Shown here: one piece after another, positions 51,740-64,000 of the stretch
How the letters are laid out: every line of letters begins with the position of its first letter
Position numbering within the stretch: the stretch's first letter is position 1
Assembly: GCA_049724395.1 (NCBI GenBank)
Contig: JAUGWO010000139.1
Coordinates: 62,001-126,000 of the forward strand
From: Spongospora subterranea f. sp. subterranea
Taxonomy: Eukaryota
Direction of reading: 5' to 3'
Length of the DNA stretch: 64,000 nt
Made by a program: the position numbers and the translations under genes
Notes under the pieces: model-generated
Seen by the model: the letters and a program-made list of their open reading frames with translations, nothing else
Told to the model about the DNA's origin: nothing
The model's database searches: none

Positions 51740-54700
51740 TTATGATCTTCCATAGTATTTATGGTTTCTGAGATATTGCTTATGACAGGTTTGAAATAAG
51801 GACCGAGCCGAATCGCTGAGCGATGCATGAACAGACAACAGCTGATCTCGTGATAAAACGTTGAACAAGGCAATCAACCCTTGATTTATGGCCTGGCGAA
51901 CGTCGTCTTCCAAAATTGGTACGTCTCCTAACACGGTAAGATTATCGGCCAATAGCCTTGGAATGAGGAGTGCCGCTGCCTTGACAGAAGCTATTTCAAC
52001 GAGGACACGAGAAATAGCGTCAATAGTGATCGACGACGGAGGCGATTGTGCAATCGCTAAACGAGTGATCGATAAGACTTGATGGATTAATAATGGGAGC
52101 GTTGGTGATAATGGAGTTGAGCGATATTTGACCAAAACGAAATAGATTTTTGATAGATCTGAGACTAGTTGTGGTTGGTTGACAACGGGAATCAGCGATT
52201 GAACGATAAGAGCAACCTGCTGAGAAGTCATTGTGATTGTGTTGGAATCGCTTGCAAGCGCACATAACACCGACATCGTACGATGATCACTACCATCCGT
52301 ATTAACAATTCGATGGGCGATTCCCATTAGAATGATGGTGCATCGCTTTTCTAATACCTGTGAAAGCTTTTTGGACCCGGATCGGATCCGCCTCACAATC
52401 AACACGAGCAAATCAACAACGTTTGAGGAATATTCTGAATCATGTCGAAAATGCGACAAAATCGTATCCAAAACAGTTTGGAAATCGGTAACGTTGCAAT
52501 GGTCGATTAGAGCTTGAACGACAATTGGCGACGGATGAGATAGCATATGTGTGATGATTGAGTTGAGATGCGACGTCGGAAACTTGTATAATAATAAAGC
52601 CAGAGATCTCATCAATAATGTGGACGACGCTGACCATTCTGTATCGGTTTTGGATTGAGTTAACAGCAATACCTGAGAAATTAGAGCGGTGATATGATCC
52701 ATTGATATTGGATCAGAACCGGTGAACGACGATGACGACATATATTGAATGTGGAGTAGATGAGCGATTATGGCAACATGCTGAGGAGATGAAATCTGAT
52801 CTGGAGTAATAACCGTCGATAGCTGATTTATAGATGACCTCATATCAGCAGATATAGAGAGCAACTGCTTGCGCGATGTTTGAATGGGGCGGAAAAATTC
52901 TTCTCGACAAGCGATGAATTGTCGATTTAGATTTTCGGCGATAGCTCTAGTAATGATGGCTATGATTTCAAGGCTTTCAGATGACGGCATAATATCCATG
53001 GCAAGACGAGTGACCGGGATGATGAGGTCGTCAACACGATGATCGATAATCGTCGATAACAAAGAGATGGATGACGACTGAGGAGATTTATCAGGGAACA
53101 ACCATTGCAATAATGGGGCTGGGTCCAGTTTCATCAACGGCCATGATGACAAGATAGCAACATGAGACCAGATTGGACTTGATAGAGGAATCGTTTTTCT
53201 GGCAAAATGCCGACAATGGGGAGAAAATATCATCGTCAATATATTGACAGGGGATATCCAACAATGTTGATAACGACCCTCCTTGTGTTGAATGGGCTGA
53301 TCGAACCAGAAACGGGATTAGCGCTGTTCGAAGCGGTTCCGATTCCAAGACACGAGGATCTGATCGAAGAAGGTCGAGATGTTCGCTCTCTATGTGATGA
53401 GCAATATAGTCCATTGATTCATCACGAGCATACGATAATAACAGGTATATTTCATCCCTTATCCTCAACCAATATTCGGGATTCAGTTGTCGCAACGGCT
53501 CAACAATGACCGATGTCAGTTTTTCGGCGATCAGAGACGGCTGTGAGCGGGAATGTGTATCTTTGATCACATGAAGAGCGCACGCCAAGAGTTCTGACGG
53601 AAGTGGTGACGACGAGTGATATTGCGACACAAGCGAAGTAATATCTTGATCGACGAAACACAGATCGGAAAGGAATTCAACATCATCGTTAATGATTTCA
53701 TCAGGTAAAATTGACATTAGAAGATATCGCCATCGTAAATGGCGCGCCGATGCGTAAATGTGAAGGCGATGGAGAGCGTCAACGTTCGGCGACTGATTAA
53801 GCGCATGAACCACAATATCGTAAATGTCTGGAATATGCGACCCATGAACGTGATCAATTAATAGAGTGACAACGTCCGTTATGGGACGAGAATATTTCGA
53901 CTTCCCAATACATTCCACAAACGACGAAATCAGACTCTGGAACTGCGGCGAAGGAATTAGCTGAAATAGATTGGCAAGATTGCCAGTAAGCGACACGAGA
54001 GTCGTATCAACTTCGGCATCGATAAATGCCTGCAAGACGACGGCGACCTGGCGCAAATCAACATACGCTGAAAGTAATTGAAACGCCAGAATTCTTGACG
54101 ACTCGTGATTTATGGCGGCAATTCGTTGCCAAATTGTCTTGAGGTGATCTTCAATAATCATGTGGTCAATGTGCAGTAAACCGACGATTGCGCAGCAGAA
54201 CGATTCGGGATTGGCGACGTGATCCTGATGAGATAGTATCTTGTTAAGATATGTTATCAATCGCTGCCGTTTAACGCCATCGACATCCCGATTGGGATGA
54301 TATATATGAAAATTATGAATATGGACAAACACGTCTCGAGAAAGACGGCGTTGCTGATCGTGGCTTATGGCAGAATCCACGATTATTGACAGGATGTCGT
54401 CGATAAAATGAAACTCACCGTCGTGACGAGCACGGTCTTCTTGACGATGCCGCTCAGGATCGGTGGCCGATGATACGTTCGATTGGGACGCGACAAGAAA
54501 GCATCGAGCGATGTGCGGCAATGAATCAACAAAATCGATGTTTTCACGAATGGTCGACAGCAGCTGCGCTGTATAGAACTCATATTTGACCTTCTTGGAA
54601 ACGGGAATTGCTTCATCGTTCTTTGGTAAGGAATTGTCGTGATTGTACATGTTCCTGAACTCGGATATATTACAGGATTGAAATAGAGTTGACGAAAGCA

Positions 54701-55256
54701 GTTGATCGATCAAGTCAACGGTTGAAGATAGTACAACCCGTCGAATAGTCCACAAGGGACAAAACAGCTTTGATGTAATAATCTGAAATGATTTACGAGG
54801 AGCAACGTTCTTGAACAACTGCATCATATATTGAATAATGAGCTCAATCAACGGACACTGGTCGTTTATGCCCGTGGAATACAGCGATTTTGATATGATG
54901 GCGACGAGATTGACTACCGAATCCAGAGTTGGATGAAACACGTCAGAGAATCTCGTCGTAAGTTGGCGGAGTGTCGTGGCGATATCCCATAACATGGCTC
55001 CATCTGCTGATTGAAGTGCATCACATAGAGCATTGACGAACGATATCTGCTTCGAGATGGTCACGACCGGCGACCGTTCCAGCGCCGTGGCCAGTAGCTT
55101 CCAATGACGTTTACATCTCCTCGGCGCTGTTGATTTGCCGGCGATCTGCTCAAACGACCAGAGCATGATCTGTGTGATTTGATGATGGGACACATTGAGA
55201 AGTGATAACTGATTAACAGCCTCATCTATTGTCATAACACACTGGTCTTGCAACAT
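51740..55256 (-). CDS. URB2: nucleolar pre-ribosomal protein Urb2/Npa2-like; frame change within 53091-53240
   Basis: Two long overlapping helical ORFs (723 and 499 aa). The C-terminus QAINQGLIALF..LSDSARSLFQTCHKQYLRNHKYYGRS fits the Urb2 domain. Confidence 0.75.
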
Positions 55257-56275
55257 AATCACGCACGATCACTGGAGAGAGATATTCCAGAAGACCCCTT
55301 TCACTGATGGTCCAGTGCCCCCCACAAACGAGAGTGTAACGGCAATACCGTCACGGACTCCGTGGGTCATCAAGCAACACCATCATCCTACAATGCGCAA
55401 GAGGCTTCAGTAATTGAAATGATGTTTCCAATCTGGGACGGCGTTTGGATAACGAACAACGATAAAGACTCCAGAGAAACAGCAATAAGTATTGCTTGGC
55501 AAAACAAGCCCAAACTACCTGAAACCGCTACCACAGTAACGGTGCAACAAGTATACCACATACTATAAAATACAGAACAAAACACAATAATACGCCGTCG
55601 TTGTCCTCCAGCTCCGAAACCTCATCCAATTGCATTGAGCAACGTTAATCACAAAGCATGGGATCTGGCAGGGTTCAATTAAGTTGTTCGGTTGCTGGAT
55701 TGGATGGCGATGTTTATGAAGGCTTTTCACTCATGCGGGGCTTGGTAGCACTACACCGCAAATAAAATCCCAAGAGCATTTCCAACGCCCAAGCTTACCT
55801 GGATTTTTGCCACCCCAATAACGCAGGCGTTCGCAGTACATACTTAAACATGTGTCCTGCGGTTTTGGCCTTGTTTAAATGCGTTCGACGCCGAATTTTT
55901 GTGGATTACGACTTTGATGAAACCCGGTTCTCATCTTAATATGTAAGCATGGATTTGATTGACATGCTAGAGATTTCCGTCCAGCCAACGTTGAGAGAGG
56001 GTTTGAAGAAGGATAATTGAGTATATTTGAGAAGATCCTGCTTACGGCCCACGTTTCCCTGACAACGCTTTACCAGGACGTTTTTTCGAATCCTCTACGG
56101 TGTTATGAACTGGAACAGACGCTCTGTTTCATCAGAGTGTATTATCTCAATATTAAATTGCAAGAAAAAAGATATCAAACAGGCGTACTGATCATGAATA
56201 ATGACTTAGGTGAGGCGAAGTACCTACCCGGTATTGTGGGCCATTCATTGGTCCTGTATTTTGGTACGATGGTTC

Positions 56276-57705
56276 AGGTCAACAATAAAAACGAATGCGA
56301 CTCTCTCTCCTGCGGCATTCCCAGAACGAACCTGGTTCGACCAGGGTTCGAAAATCGATCAGATGGATCAATCCCAGGTCGACAAGGTCTAACGCCGGCT
56401 GAGGAGGACGTGACCAGCAAAGTTCACGGAGCTCCATTCGGAGTTGGATAGTGAGGTGGATGGAACGATTCGGTTCGTTTTGACATAAGATCAAGTACAT
56501 AATAAGTTGAAATAATCCCTGTCGGCAACGAGGGTTTGCTTAATGGGGTCGCGAGTTTTAGCGGCGCCTCAAGGCAATACAGATGCGTTTTCCGGGGTAT
56601 CATTTTGTTTTTTAAAGGGATTGGTGATTTCGCGTCTCTCCTCATTTTTAGCGAGAACGCACCCTCTGAGTTCTGTCCGAGCATGAGCGCCGATTACATG
56701 GCTCTTGATACGGCCCTCCCTGGTTCTTTGCCACGTGCAGGTTCGAGACAGCACTCAGGAGCTGATTACACGCGCCGGGATCGTCCCATGCCTCCGACGA
56801 CATGATTGTCGTGCCTAAAATGGAATCACGAATCGGGCCAAAACGAGATGCGTCTGATGCGCATCGGCAGATATGGACAAGGGAGTTCCGGAAGGCAGTA
56901 TCTTGAAATCAATATAAGCCATGAGCGATGGGCAAGTGAGTTGCGAAATTTATCGATATAGGCCACAAGCGAATCGGCTCATGCTCGGACAGAACTCAGA
57001 GGGTGCGTTCTCGCTGAATTCGCTTTTGGCCTATATCGATTACAAGTTATTGCATTTTGCAACTCATTGCTCATCGCTCATGGCTTATATTCATTTCAAG
57101 GTACTGCCTTCCGGAACTCCCTTGTCCATATCTGCCGATGGCGCATCAGACGCATCTCGTGTTGGCCCGATTCGTGATTACTTCTCAGGCATGGAACGAT
57201 CCCGGCGCGTGTAATCAGCTCCTGAGTGCTGTCTCGAACCTGCACGTGGCAAAGAACCAGGGAGGGCCGTATCAAGAGCCATGTAATCGATATAGGCCAT
57301 AAACGAATCGGCGCTCATGCTCGGACAGAACTTAGAGGGTGCGTTCTCGCTGAAAATGAGGAGAGACGCGAAATCACCAATCTTTTTAAAAAACAAAATG
57401 ATACCCCGGGAAACGCATCCGTATTGCCTTGAGTTATTCGCCGCTAAAACTCGCGACCCCATTAAGCAAACCCTCGTTTCCGACGGGACAAGTCCATTCG
57501 GGACATGACGTCTCGAACTTTGCTGGCCACAACATCCTCCTCAGCCTGCGTTAGACCCTTCATGCGTGTAGCGATTGTTTGAGTTGCCGTCTCCCGCAAT
57601 AGCCCCCTCGTCGACCTGGGATTAACCCATCCGATCGATTTTCGAAACCAGGGTCGTTTGGGAAATGAGTCGCATTAGCGTCGCATTCCTTTTTATTGTT
57701 GGCCT
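56276..57705. repeat. ~1.4 kb imperfect palindrome of scrambled transposon-like coding sequence (possibly Crypton-like)
   Basis: 56276-56949 mirrors 57054-57705. A nested stem (56952-56974/57018-57040) leaves a ~45 nt loop. Peptides FFKGIGDFASLLIFSENAPSEFCPSMSAD and WNDPGACNQLLSAVSNLH..GPYQEPC. Confidence 0.9.
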
Positions 57706-58529
57706 CAGCGGACTTGATTGGTTCGGCCACAATTGTTCACCCAAGAAAAGTTCACACAATTTCACTGAGAAGGCGGCAGTTTTATTGGTGGAGAAAGGCG
57801 TAGCTATCGCCGGGATCCGGTCAGGGGCACCTCGTTCGCCCCCAGTCGCTTTGCGAGAAGTTCGACTCCCATCTCCTGGAAAGTTCAGAGTCGTCGCCGG
57901 AACAGTGATCGTTCAGGCACCGCATGATCGGGCTGACCACAGAATAAAACACAATTTTTAGCGCCGGACAGAATCTCAGGCGGGATTCTGCTGCTGTTGT
58001 ACAGGCCTCGTTGATAGAACGAACAACGAAAAGCTGCTCGCTTGGACGAGCGCGTTTCGCAGGCCGTTGCACCGCCGGATCTGCAGATGGAGGAGCCACA
58101 ATACTATTTGCGGAATCTTCGTCGACCTGGTCGTTGGTTGCATCCCCGGCGGAACATAGTATTTCGAACCAGTCGATCCCGCTGATACGTGCCTATTATT
58201 TCTTACTATTAATACCGACACAATCATAATGCACTTCCTGCTCTTATCCCTGCAGTTTGTAACGGCCAATGTTTATATTTACGTTTGGTTAAACTTTCTT
58301 TCTCTAGAAAATGAGAGTTCTTATCGATTTCTAGCTCCGTTTTCTGTACCTCGCAAACGATGGGTTCTGACAAATTCAAGATACTTTCCAGTAATAGTGT
58401 CACCCCCGTATACAGCAATGATCGCTTCTGATGAAAATAGATTAAGGGGATATCCGTTTGGATCGCGTGCCTCCGCCATGGCATGATCTGTACTGTACAT
58501 ATTTTTGACATTATTTGGGAAACCCTGTA

Positions 58530-61500
58530 ATGTCCATGTTTCGTAAACAGTTCGCCCATCAGTTTTGGAGGCGGAAACTCAATGTTACTGGAAAGGTCAC
58601 TGATCCAAATTCGCACCTGAACAATGCTTCCGACCAAAGGGTTCCTGTTTTCAAGAAACATTCGAATCGAGAGCAGCATCTGTTCGGATCAGGAGTGTCT
58701 ACTGATCCACCTGTTGACCACTTGACCGCCAAATCAAATTTTAACCGGAATTCGGATCCTGCCAGATGTGTTGATAGCCGTAATCATCGGGACACACAAG
58801 AGATCTACGAAGGTGCCGTTAAATCATCGTACGATAGAGGAATGCTGAATACAATGGGAGGGCACCCGGGTGGAGATAGACAACGAACCTCAAGCATTGG
58901 AAATATGGTGCGAAAATGGCATGACGAATTCGATAACGAAATAGCATTGAGAGAGCGAAAAATTACAGAAGAATACATGGCGGCAAAAGGCGTCCATACA
59001 TTGCAGCCATCTGTCACAAGAACTCGGGCGCCGTCTCTCAATATTACAAATGTTTCATGTCTATTCGACACAATGATTTGATCAATTCTGACAACCTTTT
59101 CAATGTAGGGAATGGATATTGATGTCAGCCGAAACAGGCAGCTCCCGAGATTGTTGAACAGACCGGTGCTGGATACGATCAACACGAAAGGCTTATCCAA
59201 CCAAACAACGTCGCGAGTATCTTCAGAACAGGTGGATAAAGTGATATTGGACTTTTTGAGGCAACCGATTATCACATAGGTGAATAAAATAACTCCCCGT
59301 TTGCTGCGAAAACTTGAGCGAAGCTGGTAAAGCCATGAGTAGCTCCGGGTCGTCGTGTCTGAATACGCACCAAGTTCTGAAGCAGCTTCGATTTCCCGAA
59401 CTTCTGGTTCCTTATCGAAGTCCGGTTCTGGTATTGAATGGCAACGCTGCTACAGACCCAACATTGAAATCAGCAACGATTATACAGTGGGAGTGGACTG
59501 TAAGGTCGCGCTGTCACTGTCGTTACTGCACCTCCTTCATTCCTCATCACTTATTGGCAGCAGTTCCTGAGCACCATGAGATTGAGGCTCATGTGATGGC
59601 GACACTATCGTTTACAGCGTCGCAGGAACGCGTTCAGGAACTTATCGTGCAATTGCAACTAGTGCAAACTCAAACGCAATCCGTACCTGAACAGCCACCG
59701 CCGCCAATAGTTACTCCAGAACCAGAACCAGAACCTGTGGTTCGGAATATCGAAGAGAGTTTATGGACTGTTCTACCGCTTCGCTATCAGTCATTCTCAG
59801 AAAGAGTTGCCCTAGAACGCTCTGCCATTATCGATGCACAAGCTCTGGCAAAAGACACCAATTTTAACAGAGACCGTTTCAAGTTGGAACAGCTGAAATG
59901 TGAAGGGTTTTTTATACCAAAGGCTCCCGCCGTAGATCCAGATAATTTGGAAGTTGTTGCCGCTCGTATGATGCGAGAATCTGGGAAATCGGAGGATCAA
60001 TACTCTGAGTTAACCATTGAACCCAATCCGTTGAGACAGACTTTACTCAGGGCATTGAAAGACGATTGCGATGGTAATGGGCGAATACCAACCAAGTTCG
60101 TCCGTCCTCTTCGTATCGTCGATTCCGATCACTGGTTAAGCATGACAATTGATCTTATTCGTATTCAGTTAAAAATGCATGACTTTTTTACCGAAGAAGA
60201 TGCATTATCAGCACAAGTGGAGGAACTCTATGAAGAGTATCAGCAACGGCTAATCGTTGATTTGTATAAATACCACACGGATCAACTTCGGTCTTTGAGG
60301 GAGCTAGCACAACATCAAGCAGGTCTGGTGGCCGCCGCCGCCGATATCATCACAGTAACTTCAAAGAGAAGGCAGCTAGCCTCTACGCTTGAACAGATCA
60401 TTACGTCCGAACGGTACAAAGATCAAGAGGAGATGGAAACCAGGAGCTTGTTCGCTCGTCTGTACGAAACCTGGCAAGAGTTGAAGGAATGGAGAATTAG
60501 GGAGGCACCTCGACTTGTTTCGACCACAGCGCCAAAGCCTTCGCACGGATATGCAGGAACGAGAATTAGGTTATTTGTACAGCAGTTCGAACAGGATTTG
60601 AGACAAGATGAAATCAATTGGGATTTTGATTTGAGGCAATCGGTGCAAATTCGTCAAGATCTTCATACTCTCCGCCAGCAAATATCTGCCGAATCCATGC
60701 AAGCACAATTCGACGTTGATCAAACAACGGCAGCAGTTCAGAAACAAATGAAATTTCATAGGAGACCTCCGGGGCAGCCGCAATACGAACCAATTCTGGA
60801 CCGAACGTTGGTCATTACTCCCGATGATGATTGCTCCGTTTGGGAACAGCATCGGCGCCGGCAAATTAGAAATTGTCGAATGCATCTAGCTCTGGAGGTT
60901 AACGGGAAGAAGATATGCCAAACCAAATCAGAGTCTCTGGAATTCCCAGGATTCACTGTTCCACTGAATGTTTCCACTGAGCTCATGGTGTTGGATATAC
61001 CCCAAGAAATTGTGATTCACATTTATCGGCATGAAGGCCTCATATATATCAGCAATCTTCTATCCAATATCTATGTTGCTGTGCCGCCTTTCGGTTCTGC
61101 TTCCTCGATTACCGAGTATTCGTTCGCTGGTTCATCGAAAATAGTCAACCGAGAAGGACGGTCTGACGAATTAGGGCTATGGGTCTCTTCGCCCAACGAC
61201 CGGGTTGTCAAAGGCGATCTTGTTCTTTCTGTAGTGTGGAAGGACGAAGCCCGACCGCATGGAGTCTCTCAACATCATGATGTTTTGACCGAGCCAAAAA
61301 GACTTTCTGTAGAGCGATTGGTGACGGGCTCTTGGACGATGGACTTAGATCCCAACGATCCTCGCAATATCGAAATTCTTGAGCTCCAACGTCGCGCAGC
61401 TGCCCGACAAAAAAGTCAGCATTTCTACGCGTATGAACTTCCTGCCGAGCTAATACTGATTAATCCTGCTTTTTCCGTGAAGTCTGCTCGCCGCCGTGTC

Positions 61501-63496
61501 CTCAAAAACCGCAACATCAGACAGTTTTTCAATGAGGCGATCCCTTTAATTGACGACCACATTCCCGAGCACATGTTCGATGAAGATGAAGATAAAGCAG
61601 AAAGGGAACATATCCATCGTCATATCACTAATGTATCTGAGGTCGTAAAAGATGATGTGTTGCCAAGAATGACAATGGACGCCAGCTTCATGGAAGATCT
61701 TCTCGCTCCTCGCCGAAAGCTTCGACCTCGGCGAGAACATCGTACGGAAGCTGGAAGCCCATCATCGTGCTTTGCAGTAATTCAGATTATTCGTGGGCAA
61801 AACCTCCCCGTCAGAAGAAGCGCCAACCAGCAAGCGAAATCTCCGGTTCCAGTGTCGAACGAATATTGGAGAACGGACACAGATGGCGTCGATAGCGACG
61901 ATTTGAATCTTCGGTTAAACCCTATCGTCGAAGTGTCGTTTCAACAAAATATGAAGGGCACCGGATCAGCATTAGGACCCCATCCAAGTTGGAATGAGAC
62001 TTTATCGCTTCTGGTCACTCCGCCGAACAATAACTACTCTCCTGCTTCCATTTTGTCGATGCAAGATCACATCACATTGAACATTTTCGATTTGGTCTAT
62101 CTTGAGGATTACGCCAAGGATTCTCGTCAAGTCAATACTCGTGTCAGACGAACCGAGAAGCGATGGTTGGGTCGCGTCTCGATCCCGATCGTGACAATCT
62201 ACCTAAATCGCGTCATCGAAGGTCATCTGCGAGTTCAAACCCCATTGACCAATCTGGGATATGAAGCAATTGAGCCAGCTCGCCCTACGATCTTGTATAT
62301 ATTTGCTACAATGGACCCATTGCTAACCCTTCCGCCTCAGCTGCCTCCCGTTGAAGAATGGGCTCTCGAGTCACGCTTATGCCGTTATGCATCAGCATGG
62401 CTTGCTAGTATCAAATCCTTACCTCAATGTCGAAATCGCGAGATCATGGCATTGTCTCAAGACATAGCTGGTAATGCAGCGTTTCTTCCTCACTTCCTCG
62501 CTCCAATGCAAGCCCCTATACCTCTAGCCGAAGATGAATACGTTCGGTTGCGTTTCGCGAATCCCTTTCATGCAAGACGTTCACCTTGGAGAAGGGTCTC
62601 CCCGAGACGTTTGGTGCAGCGCCGCTGATTTTATGGAATTATTAGCCGGTGATTGGGAAGAGCACGCGATCCTTCTAACAAACTATTTCCTGGCGAGCGA
62701 ATCGATGTATCAGTCGGGTGTCTTCACATGGAGCAGCTACGTTGTCTTGGGGATGGCGATTCCTGAAGGGAGAACCTGTATGGTACTGCGAAATAAGATG
62801 ATGCACGGTATAGTGAAGGAGAGCGAGTTTATCAATGCGGTGACAGGAGATAGGTATCCATCAACAGATCAACTATGCCCAATGGTCTCTGTAGGCTGTG
62901 TGTTCAATCACTGCAATATATGGGCCAATATCCAGGCCACAAGTCTCCCATCCAAAATATCGCTTCAACTTGATAATCCACAGTGTTGGAGGCCATTTTT
63001 TGATAAATCATTCCCCGAGTCCAACCAGTCGCCGTCCATATACCGAGACCCTCCTGTATATCGCTCCTGTCCCGATACTTATTATTTGTCGCGGGCTCAG
63101 GCTGTCGAGCGGATTATCGAGCAAAAGTTCATATCGTGGAGGAAATTACCCACATATTTCGATCATGGTATTAGCCAAATTTTGAGGGATACGCTTCAAG
63201 GGCTAGAGTTTGTAGCACAGGGCAGATCTGTCCAGTCTGACGATAAAGATATCGACAAGGTTCGCTCGCTATTTACCGGTATGTATGGGTATCCGATTAG
63301 TTTTCCTGATGCCGGTGATGATTCAGTAGTATCGAATTCAATGTCGAATCCCATTGTCCAAGCATTGTACGAAATGAAATTTCACGACAACGACAATAAG
63401 AACGTTCGTTTTGCGCGTGCTGTTCACATATATCCATATCCCAACGGAGTCGGATCTCTCTGGGTATATTTCGCTGCACTAGTCACAAATTATTGA
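58530..63496 (+). CDS. CC2D2A: ciliary transition-zone protein CC2D2A/MKS6; 5' exons uncertain; apparent +1 frameshift at ~62550
   Basis: HDFFTEEDALSAQVEELYEEY, LDPNDPRN, PRRKLRPRR, C2 domain (IIRGQNLPVR..PIVEVSFQ..GPHPSWNETL..RWLG), transglutaminase-like AGDWEEHAILLTNYF, GCVFN..NIWANIQ, VHIYPYPNGVGSLWVY. Confidence 0.93.
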
Positions 63497-63636
63497 TTGG
63501 AACCGCTAATGGCATTTGCATATTTATCTAATGAACACCGTCTCGTTATCTCAGTTCAGCTAGTAACTCAAATTAGCTCTTCAAACGAATGTCGATGGAT
63601 ATGAATTTTTGAGATAACCTGATCCAACCTCTTGGA

Positions 63637-64000
63637 CTATATGTTCTCCATGTTATCGGCTGCTGTTTGCCATGATGAACACATCTATACCAATCTTATA
63701 ATAAGCACCATGAATGGTTTGACTATTCGAGCCGTAAACAACCTTCTGGGCATGGTGAAGCTGGATCCTCACGAAGGATTGGGCCAGTTTCTTAATGGTC
63801 TGTTGTTTACCTTCTTGAAACCGATCGAATTCACGAAACACTTCCTCGGTTATCTTAGCAAGTTGAACTTCGGATTCGGTTTCCGCTTTTAGCAAGTTAG
63901 ATGTTTCCTCTATAATAAAAGTTGTCAACAACACTGATCGTTAATTTCTGAAAATTTCTCAAACCCTCCAACACTGCTATTTTTTCATCCGTCGACTTCC
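63637..64000 (-). CDS. 3' end of a BAR-domain (sorting nexin/Vps5-like) protein, truncated by window end
   Basis: LAKITEEVFREFDRFQEGKQQTIKKLAQSFVRIQLHHAQK..W fits the last BAR helix. Confidence 0.65.

Noticed and set aside
56017..56275. AKYLPGIVGHSLVLYF segment resembling recombinase/RecQ-associated element proteins
   Set aside because: Too short and degenerate to call without a search.

Overview
Gene-dense eukaryotic DNA with many very short (~45-65 nt) GT-AG introns and several flagellar/transition-zone genes. It looks like a compact-genome zoosporic protist; a plasmodiophorid-like organism is my inference, not something the sequence proves. Recognisable genes: tRNA-Lys(UUU), an RGS+kinase GRK-like gene ending in a CaaX box, a small PH protein, IWR1/SLC7A6OS, a PSI-domain membrane protein, DNAI3/WDR63, prolyl oligopeptidase, VMA12/TMEM199, EFHC/Rib72, a LEA_2 protein, an acyl-CoA thioesterase, a Zn alcohol dehydrogenase, CCDC146, URB2, CC2D2A and the 3' end of a BAR/sorting-nexin gene. 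Between them are decayed transposons (DD39D mariner, pogo, Ty3/gypsy RT, MULE-like, Harbinger-type Myb/SANT, possible Crypton-like), a duplicated secreted Cys-repeat gene and a 49 x 26 bp minisatellite. The most striking unexplained structure is a recurrent set of long, diverged fold-back inverted repeats built from transposon or gene coding fragments (10436-11379, 35176-36667, 56276-57705, plus two short ones). These are candidate hairpin-RNA (Mu killer-like) silencing loci. Gene boundaries were spliced by eye and are approximate. Family calls come from motif recognition; no database search was run.
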